From Amoebophrya sp. A120 (Eukaryota > Protista > Dinoflagellata), in contig CAJINV010000002.1 of assembly GCA_905178155.1 (NCBI GenBank), forward strand, positions 1,339,809 to 1,403,808: a DNA stretch of 64,000 nucleotides, read 5' to 3'. Under the pieces are notes generated by a model. The model saw only the letters and a program-made list of their open reading frames with translations, had not been told where the DNA came from and ran no database searches. Both the position numbers and the translations under genes were made by a program. Position 1 is the stretch's first letter; every line of letters begins with the position of its first letter. This document shows, piece by piece, positions 13,535 to 27,253 of this stretch.

Positions 13535-16500
13535 CCTTCCTACGGGGCTACTGTGGGTAGAAATAAATTTTGCAAAACTTCAGGGAAAGAAACTTTCGAC
13601 AGTGGGGTAGACTGAGGCAGGGGAAATTTCTAATTTCAAATTGATTGCGCACTACGGTACTGCTCGGGGAAAGGCTAAATTTTCGAAAACGGGGCACACG
13701 ATGGGGGAACCTTTGATTGGGGTAGTCAGAACTTTCAGTCGGGTAGATCGGGGTGGGGGAAATTTGAAATTTGAAGCTTCATACGGGGCCACACGGGGAA
13801 AAGACGAAATTTTAGAAGGCGGCGCACACGATGGGGGAAACTTTGATTGGGGTAGGCAGAACTTTCAGTGGGGTAAGACCGGGGTGGGAGAAATTCGGAA
13901 TTTGAAGTTTCATACGGGGCCGCACGGGGAAGAGACGAAATTTTAGAAAACGGGACACACGATGGGGGACACTTTGAAAGGGGTANNNNNNNNNNNNNNN
14001 NNNNNNNNNNNNNNNNNNNNNNNNNNNNNNNNNNNNNNNNNNNNNNNNNNNNNNNNNNNNNNNNNNNNNNNNNNNNNNNNNNNNNGATAGACTGACGTCC
14101 GAACACCCACCGCGGCTCCGTCCCGGTAAAAACACAAAAATGGAAACAAAACTTTCAAGGGGGCGGGAATAGCGAAAGGGGAATGCTGCCATTCCAGAGC
14201 GTAGACCGCGAGGGAAAATATTAAATTTTTCTGCCAGTAAGCCAGCACGGGTAATAGCGGTGAACTTGCAAAATGGGTAGCACAGCAACGGGCGCGTAGG
14301 CTTTCATCACATAGGAGCAGCAAAATCTTGAAAAATTTGCAAAATTTCTACGGGGCTACTTTCGATGGGCAACAACAAACTTTCCGAGGTCTGGAAGTAA
14401 AAATTTTCACTGGTGCAGGCTCAGGCGGGGAAAGTTTGAAAACGAAAGTGTCTACGGCGCTACTGTGGGTAGAAATGAATTTTGGGAAACTTCAGGGAAA
14501 CTTTCTTCAGCGGGGTAGACTGGGGTGGGGGAAGTTTCAAACTTCAAACCAATTTCGCACTGCGGTACTACTCGGGTAGAGACGAAGTTTTTGAAAACGG
14601 GGCACACGGACGATGGGGGAAAGCTTGAGAGGGGTAGTCAAAAATTTCAGTGGGGTAGACGGGGGTGGGAGAAATTTGGAATTTCAACAAGTTTCACACT
14701 GGTACCGGGGGAAAGACGAAATTTTAGAAAACGGGGCACACGATGGGGGAGCCTTGTGATCGGGGTAGTCAGAACTTTCAGTGGGGTAGACCGGGGTGGG
14801 GAAAGTTTGAAATTTGAAATTTCATACGGGGGTACTCGGGGACGAGACGAAATTGTAGTAAACGGGGCACACGATGGGGGAACTTCGATCGGGGTAGTCA
14901 GGGGTTGGGGAAGCTTCTTTCTCCGCGGCTTGCCACATACGCTTTATGAAAGCAAAACTTTGAGCCAGGCTGATGCTATGGCACGCTCCTTTTCGTGAAA
15001 TCACGCTGCAACAAGTTCCTACCTCGTCATGAAGTCCAAGTCCGAAAATAACAATACAAATTTTACCTCATCCTACCCAAATGATCAGAAGGCGCCACAC
15101 CTTATTCAGCCTGGCTCAAACTTTTGCTAGGATAGACTCGCGCTGCAGCAGTCGGCTTCCGCTAGAAGGCACGCCGCGATCGCTTCCCATCCCGTTTCAG
15201 GCTCTATGGAAGCAAAAACCCGAGGCAAGCCAAAGTGAGCAACACGAATATGCATATGATATCTTGCTAACAGCAACAGCTACTACCTAGAAACACCATC
15301 AGAAAGTACTACTTAAGACCTACAACATGAACACACAGCCTGCGTAGAAACTGCAATAAAATCTAGACAGCCCTGTCATGCAATTGACTGCGCTTTGGCT
15401 TGAGTCGAAATTTTTGCTTCGATAGACTGACGTCCGACCACCCACCGCGGCTCCGTCCCGGTAAAAACACAAAACTGAAAACAAAACCTTCAAGGGGGCG
15501 GGACTAGGAAAAGGGTAATGCTGCAATTCCAGAGGGTACACCGGGAGGGGAAATTTGAAATTTTTCTGCCAGCTACGGGGACGAAGAGACGAAATTTTTG
15601 AAAACGGGGCATACGATGGGGGAAACTTTAGTTGGGGTAGTCAGAACTTTCAGTGGCGTAGACCGGTGTGGGGAAAATTTGCAACTTGAAGTCTCAGGGG
15701 TACTCGGGGAAGAAACGAAATTTTAGAAAACGGGGCACACGATGGGGGAAACTTTGATCGGGGTAGTCAGAACTTTCAGTTGGGTAGACCGGGGTGGGGA
15801 AAGTTTGAAATTTGAACTTTCATGCGGGGGTCCTCGGGGAAAAGACGAAATTTTAGAAAACGGGGCACACGATGGGGGAAACATTAAAAGGGGTAGTCAG
15901 AACTTTCAGTGGGGTAGACCGGGGTGGGGCAAATTTGGAATTTGAACTTTCATGCGGGGATCCTCGGGGAAAAGACGAAATTTTAGAAAACATGGCACAC
16001 AATGGGGGAAACTTGAAAAGGGGTTGCCAGGGTCGGGGGGGGTCTTCTTTCTCCACCGTCCGCTTGCCACGTGCAACGCTTTATGAAAGCAAAACTTTGA
16101 GGCAGGCTGGTGCTATGGCACGCTCCTTTTTTCTGAAATCACGCTGCAACAAGTTCCTACCTCATCATGAAGTCGTCCGAAAGTAGCAATACAAATTCTA
16201 CATCATCCTACCCGAATGATCAGAAGGTGCAACACCTTGCTCAGCCTGGCTTAAAATTTTGCTAGGATAGACTCGCGCTGCAACAGTCGGCTTCCGCTAG
16301 ATGAAGGCACGCCGCGATCGCTTCCCATCCCGTTTCAGGCTCTATGGAAGCAAAAAAACCGAGGCAAGCCAAAGTGAGCAACACGACTATGCATATGATA
16401 TCTCGCTGTGCATATTTTCCTCAGAAAAAACAGCAACAGCTACTCAAAACACCATCAGAAAGTACTACTTAAGACATACAACATGAACACACAACCTGCG

Positions 16501-19500
16501 TAGAAACTGCAATGAAATCTAGACAGACTTGTCATGCAATTCACTGCGCTTTGGCTTGAATCAAAATTTTTGCTTTGATAGACTGACGTCCGAACACCCA
16601 CCGCGGCTCCGTCCCGGTAAAAACACAAAAATGGAAACAAAACTTTCAAGGGGGCGGGAATAGCGAAAGGGTAATGCTACAATACCAGAGGGTAGACCGG
16701 GAGGGGAAATTTGAAATTTTGATTTTTCAGCCAGTAAGCCAGCACGGGTAATGAAGTCGGACTTTCCAAATGGGTAGCACAGCAATTGGCACTTAGGCTT
16801 TCATCACTAGGAGCAGAATCTTGAAAAAATTTGCAAAATTTCTACGGGGCTACTTTCGATGGGCAACAACGAACTTTGCAAGGTCGAGAGGAAAAAATTT
16901 TCACTGGTGCAGGCTCAGGTGGGGAAAGTTTGAAAACTAAAGTGTCTACGGGGCTACTGTGGGTAGAAATGAATTTTGCAAAACTTCAGGGAAACTTTCT
17001 TCAGCGGGGTAGACTGGGGTGGGGGAAATTTCAAATTTCAAGCCAATTTCGCACTGCGGTACTACTCGGGTAGAGACGAAGCTTTTGAAAACGGGGCACA
17101 CGGACGATGGGGGAAAGTTTAAGAGGGGTAGTCAAAACTTTCAGCGGGGTAGACGGGGATGGGAAAAATTTGAAATTTCACGTTTCACACTGGTACCCGG
17201 GGAAAGACGAAATTTTTGAAAACGGGACACACGATGGGGGAAACTTGAATTGAGGTAGGCAGGACTTTCAGTGAGGTAGACCGGGGTGGTGAAAGTTTGA
17301 AACTTGAATTTTCATACAGGGGTACTCGGGAAAGAGACGAAATTTTAGAAAACGGGGCACGCGATGGGGGAAACTTGTGATCGGGGTAGTCAGAACTTTC
17401 AGTGCTGTAGACCGGGGTGGGGGGAGTTTGAAATTTGAAATTTCATACGGGGGTACTCGGGGAAGGAACGAAATTTTAGAAAACGGGGCACACGATGGGG
17501 GAAACTTGTGATCGGGGTAGTCAGAACTTTCAGTGGGGTAGACCGGGGTGGGGGAAATTTAAAATTTGAACTTTCATACGGGGGTACTCGGGGAAGGGAC
17601 GAAATTTTGGAAAACGGGGCACACGATGGGGGAAACTTTGATCGGGGTAGTCAGAACTTTCAGTGGGGTAGACCGGGGTGGGGAAAATTGGAAATTTGAA
17701 GTTTCATACGGGGACCACTTCTCGGGGAAGAGACGAAATTTTAGAAAAAGGGGCACACGATGGAGGAAACTTTGAAAGGGGTTGTCAGGGCTTGGGGAAG
17801 CTTCTTTCTCCGCTGCCGGCTTGCCACGTACGCTTTATGAAAGCAAAACTTTGAGCCAGGCTGTTGCTATGGCACTTTCCTTTTCGTGAAATCACGCTGC
17901 AACAAGTTCCTTTTCGTGAAATCACGCTGCATGAAGTCCAAGTCCGAAAGTAGCAATAGAAATTCTACCTCATCCTACCCAAATGATCAGAAGGTGCCAC
18001 GCCTTATTCAGTCTTGCTCAATTTTTTGCTAGGATAGACTCGCACTGCAACAGTCGGCTTCCGCTAGAAGGCACGCCGCGATCGCTTCCCATCCCGTATC
18101 AGGCTCTATGGAAGCAAAAACCCGAGGCAAGCCAAAGTGAGCAACACGAATATGCATATGATATCTTGCTGTGCATGATATTTTCCAGAAAAAACAGCAA
18201 CAGCTACTAGAAACACCATCAGAAAGTACTACTTAATACCTACAACATGAACACACAGCCTGCGCAGAAACTGCAATAAAATCTAGACAGACCTGTCATG
18301 CAATTCACTGCGCTTTGGCTTGAGCCAAAATTTTTGCTTCGATAGACTAACGCCCGAACACCCGCCTCAACTCCGTCCCGGTAAAAACCCAAAAATGAAA
18401 ACAAAACTTTCAAGGAGGCGGGAATAGGGAAAGGGTAATGCTGCAATTCCAGAGTGTAGCCCGGGACGGAAAATTTGAAATTTTAATTTTTCTGCCAGTA
18501 AGCCAGCACGGGTAATAAAGTCGGACTTTCAAAATGGGTAGGACAGCAACGGGCGCTTAGGCTTTCATCACTAGAAGCAGAATCTTGAAAAAAATTGCAA
18601 AATTTCTACGGGGCTACTTTCGATTGGCAACAACGAACTTTGCAAGGTCTGGGGAAAAAATTTTCACTGGTGCAGGCTCAGGTGGGGAAAGTTTGAAAAC
18701 TAAAGTGTCTACGGGGCTACTATGCTGGGTAGAAATGAATTTTGGAAAACTTCAGGGAAACTTTCTTCAGCGGGGTAGACTGGGGTGGGGGAAATTTGAA
18801 ATTTCAAAGAAATTGCGCACTGTGGTACTACTCGGGTAGAGCCAAAGTTTTTGATAACGGGGCACACGGACGATGGGGAGAAATTTAGGAGGGGTAGTCA
18901 AAACTTTCAGTGGGGTAGACGGGGCTGGGAAAAATTCGAAATTTCAAGTTTCACACTGGTACCCGGGGAAAGACAGAATTTTCGAAAACGGGACACACTA
19001 TGGGGGAAACTTTAATCGGGGTAGCCAGAACTTTCAGTGGTGTAGACCGGAGTGGGGGCAATTTGAAACTTGAAGTCTCGGGGGTACTCGGGGAAGAGAC
19101 GAAATTTTAGAAAACGGGGCACGCGATGGGGGAAACTTGTGATCGGGGTAGTCAGAACTTTCAGTGCTGTAGACCGGGGTGGGGGAAGTTTGAAATTTGA
19201 AATTTCATACGGGGGTACTCGGGGAAGGGACGAAATTTTAGAAAACGGGGCACACGATGGGGGAAACTTTGATCGGGGTAGTCAGAACTTTCAGTGGGGT
19301 AGACCGGGGTGGGGAAAATTGGAAATTTGAAGTTTCATACGGGGACCACTTCTCGGGGAAGAGACGAAATTTTAGAAAAAGGGGCACACGATGGAGGAAA
19401 CTTTGAAAGGGGTTGTCAGGGCTTGGGGAAGCTTCTTTCTCCGCTGTCGGCTTGCCACGTACGCTTTATGAAAGCAAAACTTTGAACCAGGCTGGTGCTA

Positions 19501-20560
19501 TGGCACGTTCCTTTTCGTGAAATCACGCGGCAACAAGTTCCTTTTCGTGAAATCACGCTGCATGAAGTCCAAGTCCGAAAGTAGCAATACAAATTCTACC
19601 TCATCCTACCCAAATGATCAGAAGGTGCCACGCCTTATTCAGCCTTGCTCAAAATTTTGCTAGGATATAGACTCGCTCTGCAACGGTCGGATTCCGCTAG
19701 AAGGCACGCCACGATCGCTTCCCATCCCGTTTCAGGCTCTATGGAACCAAAAACCCGAGGCAAGCCAAAGTGCACAACATCACCTATGTCTAGATGATAT
19801 TTTGCTGTGCATACGCTCCAGAAAAAACAGCAAGAGCTACTAGACACAGCCTCAGAAAGTAAAACCTACAACATGCGATCTGGGTAGAAGCTACAATAAA
19901 ACCTACAAAACTGTCAACATGGGGATTCACTGCGCTTCGGCTTGACCCAAATTTTTGCTTCGATAGACTGACACTCAAACACCCACCTCGGCTCCGTCCC
20001 GGTACAAACACAAAACCAAAAGCAAAACTAGAAACAAAACTTTCACGGGAGCGGGAATAGGGAAGGGGTAATGCAATTCTAGAGGGTAGGCCGAAGGGGA
20101 AATTTGAAATTTTTCTACCAGCAAACTACCACGGGTAATACAGTCAGGCTTTCGCAATGGGTAACACAGCAAAGGGTAGGCTTTCTCCACAAAGGAACCA
20201 GAATCTTGAAAAACTTTGCAAAATTTCTACGGGGCTACTGACCATGGGCAACAACGAGCTTTGCAACATCGGAGGGCAATTTTCACTGGTGCAGGCTCGG
20301 GTGGGGGAAGTTTGAAGTTTGAAGTTCGAAGCTTCTACGGGGCTACTGTGGGTAGGAATGAATTTTGCAAAACTTCAGGGGACGAATGTCAACTGGGGTA
20401 CTCTTGGGTTCGAAAAATTTGAAATTTTAATTTCGAATTTTCGATGGAACTACATCGGGTGAGAATGAACTTTGCAAAACTTCATGGGAACTTTGACGGG
20501 AAACTCTCAGGAAAAAGTTTGAAATTCGAATTTTCTACGAGGCTTCTACTGTACGGGGCT
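13535..20560. repeat. Higher-order satellite: ~130-bp G-rich monomers interleaved with a longer repeated block
   Basis: Monomer AAAACGGGGCACACGATGGGGGAAAC...GGGGTAGTCAGAACTTTCAGTGGGGTAGACCGGGGTGGG recurs every ~130 bp (e.g. 15727, 15857; 17348, 17480, 17611). Block marker GATAGACTGACGTCCGAACACCC...CCGTCCCGGTAAAAAC occurs at 14086, 15421, 16577, 18341 and 19962. Confidence 0.95.
13986..14085. other. Assembly gap (100 N)
   Basis: Run of N inside the satellite. Confidence 1.
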
Positions 20561-22859
20561 ACATACATGACCATGAGGAAAAATTTGGAAAAAGAAATGT
20601 TACGCGCGACCTGGAGACGAAAAATATTCTTACGTGGCTCAGTCCAGCCGCCCCACTGCCGCTGCCAAACGTTCGCGCTGCCCGTCTGACGCTTTCATTG
20701 TTTTCCCCTAGCTCCACTTGTTTAAGACGCCGCATCATCGTGTTGGGCGCGGTCATCATAAACAGGGGCGCGGTCATTCCTTGTCGCGCAACAAATTCCA
20801 ATTCGAGGCCGGGAACGTAGTATTTTAGTATGTTTCTATTGATCTTTTGCCAAGGGACCGCTTTTCCCGACGGAGCTGCGCTGTGAAGTTGAAAAGAAAG
20901 GCCTCTCCTGCGCGCACCCCGGAGGTCTGCTTGGTTCGAGTAGTGGTGGCGGTGTTCCGCCCACAGTTGTAGCACGGTCGGCGCTGAAGCAACCCAAGTA
21001 GTAAACCTCATTCTGATTCTGCAAATTTTTTTTCTAGAAAAACGGAAAGTTGTGAAAGTTAGGTATTATGTGCGGTAAATTCCTGTTGATCCGTGAAAAA
21101 GATGGAAACCGGTACTGTCATACTTCCCCATACTCATGCATCCAAATCCAATTCGGAAAAAAACGACAAAAAATTCTCAAAAAAACATGACATAGAGGCA
21201 GCTCGGCCTGAGAAAAGAAAAGTTGCGATTGGCAGGTGACGTAGAGATAGAGGTAGAGCTCACGTGATGTATATCTTCGTCATGACCTCTGAAACAAAGG
21301 TCTCAAAAACGAAAAAGCAAGGACCGACCGGTACACACGAAAAAGGCTTGAATGAGCAACATTTGCGTAGTACGACTACGACCCCTTTAGATAACCACGA
21401 TTTGAAGACCATAGCGCGACACTTCCAAATTTGAAAAGGCATACGACTTTTTCCCACGACTTTTGTTCTCGTTCACGAATCACGATTAAGTATTTGAAGA
21501 CATGCTTGCATACGGCTTTCCTTCACTTTGAATGGTGCAATTTGAATTTGTCGCAGGTAGACATGGTTTTCGATTCAGCTTAATGTACGTTTCGAGCCAA
21601 GATCAGCATCAGCTACACAGAAGTTTTTTTTCGGCTACAATGTTCACGATGAAATACAAATAAGGCAAAAAACTGCGGTTTCTAGACGACACAGAAATGT
21701 ACATGATGCCTCTAGCGCTACCATCATACAAGCACGGAGACCGAGAGGACTGGTTTTGGCCTACGAAATAGCAGCGAGAGAAGTCGCGTTGATCTTTCTT
21801 TGCTTTCAAAAGACTTTTCACTTTATTTACTTTTGCCACACTTGTTGCAGAACCGAAGAGACGTCGGCATACGCCTACAACACAACATCAGGACTAAGAT
21901 CTTTCGTTGCTGCCAGGAACAGCACACTTCGCCACAGCTCTTCCAGGCAACAAGCAGGAGTACTATATCTGCGGGCACACCTACAGTGCAGACACTGGCA
22001 GAAGTTCATGTTGTAAAACAACAAAACGGAAATTCATTTCGCTTCCACTCTCTTCGGAAATCCGGGCACAGAAATTCGAAGTTCATTTTTGGGCAAGCGT
22101 TGCAATTGCTTGCAAACACGGTAGACAAGTAAAACGAGTTCGTGTTAGTACGACCGGTCCAAAATTTAGCTCAGGATGAGCAGTAAAACTACCCGCACAA
22201 GTCAAAATCTGTCTGTCTCTTAAACCCATTCAATCGTGCAGTTGCAGAACGTTTCGTAGATGAAGTTCATTACACTTTCTTAAGTACTTGGATTCCATAC
22301 CAGTTCTGCAGTCGGTTTAAGCTTGATTTAGCAGAATCAGGATCTTCTTCTTCAGATACCGTATCGTACACAATACAAAACAACTCTTTGCTAACCAAAC
22401 TTCAACCACATCCCAAATTGGCCCCACCTTCAACCAGGCACCCAGGACCCAGATTAGTCGTAGGTCTAGCGAAACAGTCCGCGCTGGTTTGCGTCCTCCT
22501 CTTCCATCGCTGCTCTAGTCTCTGGGCTGGGGCAGTCGAGTATCACGAGGAAAAAACGACCCATGATAAGTACCCAAGAGCGCCCTTGTGCTGTGCCTGG
22601 ATTTGTTTGCCAGGGTCACTCCGGCGTGGCCTGAACCTCCGACGACCTACTATGCCAGACGCCTGCTCGGCGGTAGGCTTCTCACAAGACAACGGAAGAC
22701 AAATTAGTGTGCTATATGCAAAGATCATGCTCCGTGTTCTGTTGGTTTGTGGTGCCGTTGGAGAAACTTCAGCAACACAAACTTGCTTTTGGGGACACGG
22801 GAAAGAAAGGTAGGCTTTTTCCTTCGATAAAGTATCCGTCCTTGTCGCGCTGCAACTCC

Positions 22860-23121
22860 TATGCATTGCAAATATGTCTGGGTCTGGACAGTTGTGATGC
22901 GAATCTGTGAAAAGTGGGCGCACTGCAATACGAGCCAAGCATGACAAGTTTTTGAGCTGCGATGTTTATTTCCGCGGCATGGCGAACTGCGTTTTTGCAT
23001 GACAGGCAAGAGGCCTTGCTCCTGCTCATCCTCATGCATCACAGATTCAACACTCATGCCAGACAAGCATGACAAACTTGCATTCTTCGTCTTCCAGACC
23101 CAGACATATTTGCAACGCATA
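22860..23121. mobile_element. TIR introner, family A
   Basis: TIR TATGC(A/G)TTGCAAATATGTCTGGGTCTGGA. TSD ACTCC at 22855-22859 and 23122-23126. Removal gives the minus-strand reading ETLLDEIIAMIVPAEE|LQRDKDGYFIEG. Confidence 0.93.
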
Positions 23122-23523
23122 ACTCCTCGGCCGGTACGATCATCGCTATGATTTCGTCGAGCAGGGTCTCCCTGTCGTGAAGTTTGCGGCAATGCTTATG
23201 CCATTATGCATCACAATCATTCCGCTCCTGTGGCTGTGCGCATGACAGACGAAAAAGTCGAGACAGTGACACGCTTATTTTGAGTTTTCAAGCAAGCGCC
23301 TCAAAAAAAAAGTATTTCGAGAAATACTTATCTGGCAACTGCTCTCGTCCAGCAGAAATCTCGCGTCGCACCGACCGGCCTGCGAGTTCGGCTTCTAGTT
23401 CTTCTTTCCACCTCAGAAAATATTTTTTCATGAATTGTCATGCAGAGTTTTAAGTACATTGAGATTGAAATGACATTCGTTCATTGGATTTTCATTCACA
23501 TTCGCACCTGTTGATCCTATTTG

Positions 23524-23916
23524 TCATACTCTCCAAACACATGCCGGATCCCACGTCGTCTCATGAGAGACTACAAAAGAGCAACAATACCGGAACAGCG
23601 CCTCCTGGTCCATCGTCTGCATGAAGATATATCGGCATTCGTAACCAAACGGAGCTGAGATGTTGGCTTCCTTTTCCCAATCAAGTTCAGCTTGATAGTC
23701 GGGATGCCTGATGTCGTAGTCGAAATGCAATTCGTTGTCCTCTCGCGCGTCCGCGTACTCGTCGTCGTTCACAATGCGGCGGTAGAAAAAATCGCCGTAT
23801 TTGTTCACGTGGTAGTTGCCAGTAGTTCCACGACGACCCGCATGATGCCCTTTATCGTCGATCCCATTTTGCTCATGCTCCTTTGACCTGAGTGGTAAAT
23901 ATTGTTGCTCGTACAA
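23524..23916 (-). CDS. Probable exon of a hypothetical protein, likely linked to 23970-24308 and to the exons flanking 22860-23121
   Basis: 130-codon ORF with protein-like composition (GDFFYRRIVNDDEY...APFGYECRYIFMQ). The full exon structure is not resolved. Confidence 0.5.
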   Translation of the reverse strand: MYEQQYLPLRSKEHEQNGIDDKGHHAGRRGTTGNYHVNKYGDFFYRRIVNDDEYADAREDNELHFDYDIRHPDYQAELDWEKEANISAPFGYECRYIFMQTMDQEALFRYCCSFVVSHETTWDPACVWRV

Positions 23917-25260
23917 GTCTTACTGCCGAACGAAAACTTTTTGGCAGCAGGAAATCTTTTTGACTGAGTCTAGTTTTGGAGTTGATGCAAGATGAAACGA
24001 GCATGCACTACAAAAATGTAGTACTTGATTTCGCCCACTCGTATCCCCGGAAACGCGTTACCCACAACCGCAACCGGCAGATGCGGTAAATCAGCGGCGG
24101 CCTGGGCCACACGGTTCGTCAGCTGTGCGGATCTGGAAACGTGGGCGTGGCGATTCTGCCGCACCGCCGTTTTCACCAGGTCAGAAAGAGACACGTGTGG
24201 GAGTTGCTGTTGCAGCTGTGTGGTCGCCGTTGGAAGGATGGAGGGCCACGAGGGCGGCAGAATGATCTGGGGCTGGAACATCTTGACGTTGACTTCTGAA
24301 GACGACACAACAATAAAATGCCTCTATTATACAGTTCTCAAGATGAATTATGCTGCAAGCTCCTGATAGATTCAAATTGGTTATGACATAAGCTCAACAC
24401 AACTGCGTATGAGTCCGTTCTTGCTGGAATGCTTTCACAAAATCCGGCGCACCTGATTCGTATTGGTGGACCAGCTATCAGAATGAAGCTTTTTTATTTT
24501 TTCCTGTCACGTCAAAAAGAGCTCAATGGAATAGCGCTCGCAGCTTCTCACGACGACTCAAATCAACACGCTTGCATTTCCTAGAGGAGACGCTCGAACT
24601 ACGCAGGCTCTATTACGCTCGTCGACGAGAAATCTGTCCTGTCTACTCCCAAGGGCAAGGTGGAGCCGCGGTCAATATAGTTCCAAGACCCCCCACCGCC
24701 AAAAGAACACCCAGGCATCGACAAACATGTGGGAGGTTAAGCGCCCGGAAATACTCGGTCGGCGACTTCTTCGCCCCTTTCTTTGTGGTTGTGCAACTAC
24801 AACGACACACACTAAACAGTCAGGGAGCCGGCCACCGACAGGCAACGAGCTCACACACACGCCTTGATGCCACGCGCCCTGACCTGAAGCTGGCTCAACA
24901 CCACCCAACCACGCACAAATAATGCGCGGGGGCGGGGGCCTTCAGAGGCGGCAACCTTCACATGGGCGCGCCCAGACGTAACGTTTGGGCCCGCTCGGTG
25001 GGCACAAATTGATGCATGGGGCCCGTCCAACACGCCCAAGGGGCAGGGCGCGCCACACACTCCAGGAGCTATGCATACATACGCAGCGGCGCGCGCGGGG
25101 GCAGCAGCCAAAGGGCGGGGCCCCCGCTGGCACGGGGCGCCGGCATGGCCCGCGCGCCCACAGACTAGCGCGGGCGGCGCGCTGGTCTCCTTCCCGCGCA
25201 CCCGCCGCCGGAGCCGGCGGGCGGGGCGCCGCCGGAGCCTTCTCAAATGGCAACACTTAC

Positions 25261-25628
25261 CGCATGAGCGCCGGGCGGAAGTCTTTGGGCCCAAAGCCGC
25301 GCACTTTATTCTGCCCCCCCTTAGCCGGTGACTTCACGCTGGGCGCGAGTCCTACTTTCACATCCGGAACGATCAACGCCTTGCGTGGACGCTTCAGCTC
25401 CGGAATACTGAGCGGCCTGGAAGGGTTCTCCTGGGCGAAAAGCCCGAGCTTGTTCTTGAAGTGCTTCTTCTGCGCCTCATTCTTCGCCACTGCCTTGGCG
25501 GCTATTTCCGGAGTTGTCGCTCCGCCAATCAGCATCCGGGAGCGGGGAGCGCTGAAGGCAGCGTAGGGAGATGGACCTGCTCCGCTGTTCATAATTTTGT
25601 TGGACTGGATACTCTCTCTAAAGACCAA
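25261..25628 (-). CDS. Exon of a small basic (Lys/Pro-rich) hypothetical protein
   Basis: 123-codon ORF ending at a strong donor CG|GTAAGT at 25260. A probable next exon near 24797-24643 reads CTTTKKGAKKSPTEYF. Confidence 0.45.
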
Positions 25629-27253
25629 CCTTGGTTATACTTTCTGCGAGTTGTGGTGAGTAGGCGGTCCCTTCAGACACAAGAACAGGTGGGGTGGTCT
25701 CTCTCCTCTCTGGGGCTGCTAAGGCGACAAGTTGCCACGTGGTGGAGGTGGTGTTTATTTTTTATTGCATCCTAATATTTAGAAAAAATATTTTTACAAC
25801 TCACTGTTATTAATTAGCATGATCTTGCTCTCGTGCAGCACTTCTACTTGCTTTTGCTTTTTGAAACTACTCAAAGGGTTATTGAGGCTGCGCTCTCGCG
25901 AAACTAACATCAACGAAGACAACAGCCGCGCTTTTACATTCAGGAGTCGCGTCATGGTGCATTAAAGTGCCGATGTCAAAAATGCTCGCCAGAAAAAGGC
26001 TCGGCGCGCAGGGGCCGCGGCCATCTATGTCTGAATACACAAACCAATGGCAACAGGGCACTACTTTGCCATCGCGCCCAAAGAAAGGCACCCATCCACC
26101 CAGAGGAGAAAAAGGGCTGGCTACGGTCGGAAGACGCGCGCCCGCGAGGCACAACCCTTCACCACGCCCCTGCCTCTTCCGGAAAATCCGGCCTGCGCTT
26201 CCGGAAACTCCGGCCTTAGCCTCACCCACGCGGGCGCGGGCCGGCAACGAAGGGCGAAGGAAGAGGGGACACCAGCGGCGCGCAAGGGCCTCGCTAGGTG
26301 GGGGGCGCTCACGCGCCCGGCCGGCCGGGGCGGACCGACGGACGAAGAAGCCGGACGGCCGGGCGGGGGTGGGGAGGGGCCCGGGCCACATCCCCAATGC
26401 CCGCGCGCTTGCCAAAAGCTCGGCGAGGGAAAACAAAAACACGCAGCGCGGCACGCTCCGCCCCCAAGACTTGTGGGCCATGTTCCTTCGTGCGGGATGG
26501 GCCACGCGGTCTCGGTTTTGCTCTTGCCAGTGGCATCCCAATCGAGGCGAGGGCCCCACGCCCACTCAATGCGCCCCATGCTTCGCACTGTAGCCCCAGA
26601 CCGGCTGAACCTGGGCCCGGGGGGTGGGGGGGCGGCCGCTTGATACTGCTAGGGCCGAGGCCGCCGCCGGGCTAACTATCCGCCCACCGCGCGCGCAAAG
26701 AAACAAAACCCCCCGGTCCTGGCCGCGCGCCCCATCTCGTCCATCTCATCTATCTCTATCAGCTACAGCAATAGTTTTCGCGCTGACTTACTTTTGGCAA
26801 ACCAGAGGCGCCGGGGGCTCGCCCTCGCCCTCGCTCCGCTTCCTGCACTCTCATCCGCCCTTTTTGCGTTCGCTCGGTCGCAGTGCATTTAGTAGGCCAA
26901 ATAAACTGCTTCTGTCTCCCTCTCCATTTCGTTGCGAAAAAAAAACACACCGACAAGCCCAGCAATAAAGAAAGAACAAATCGCTTAGCATCATCAACAC
27001 CATGAAGTAGCAAGACGACGTGAGCATATGTTTTATTTGGCGTTGTCCCTCATCGCAGATTCTGGAATACTACGAAAACTCTGTTCCTACATCAGCAAAA
27101 AAATCGACAGGCTTGAGAAGACTGAGAGACTAACCATCACTACATAAGGCCACTCACGGGTATCTTTTTTATTGTGTTTATTTTCGTTTCATCATATATA
27201 AGCCGTCCTCCAAAGTTCCTGGATTTTTTTTCGGGCCTAGAGCAGCCCCCTTT

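Noticed and set aside
13535-20560. CRISPR-like array or protein-coding repeat ORFs in the satellite
   Set aside because: Whole units are homologous with no unique spacers, no cas genes are present, the context is eukaryotic, and the ORFs are short and frame-inconsistent between copies.
23205-23528. Additional family B introner starting TATGCATCACAA
   Set aside because: No convincing right TIR or matching TSD was found.
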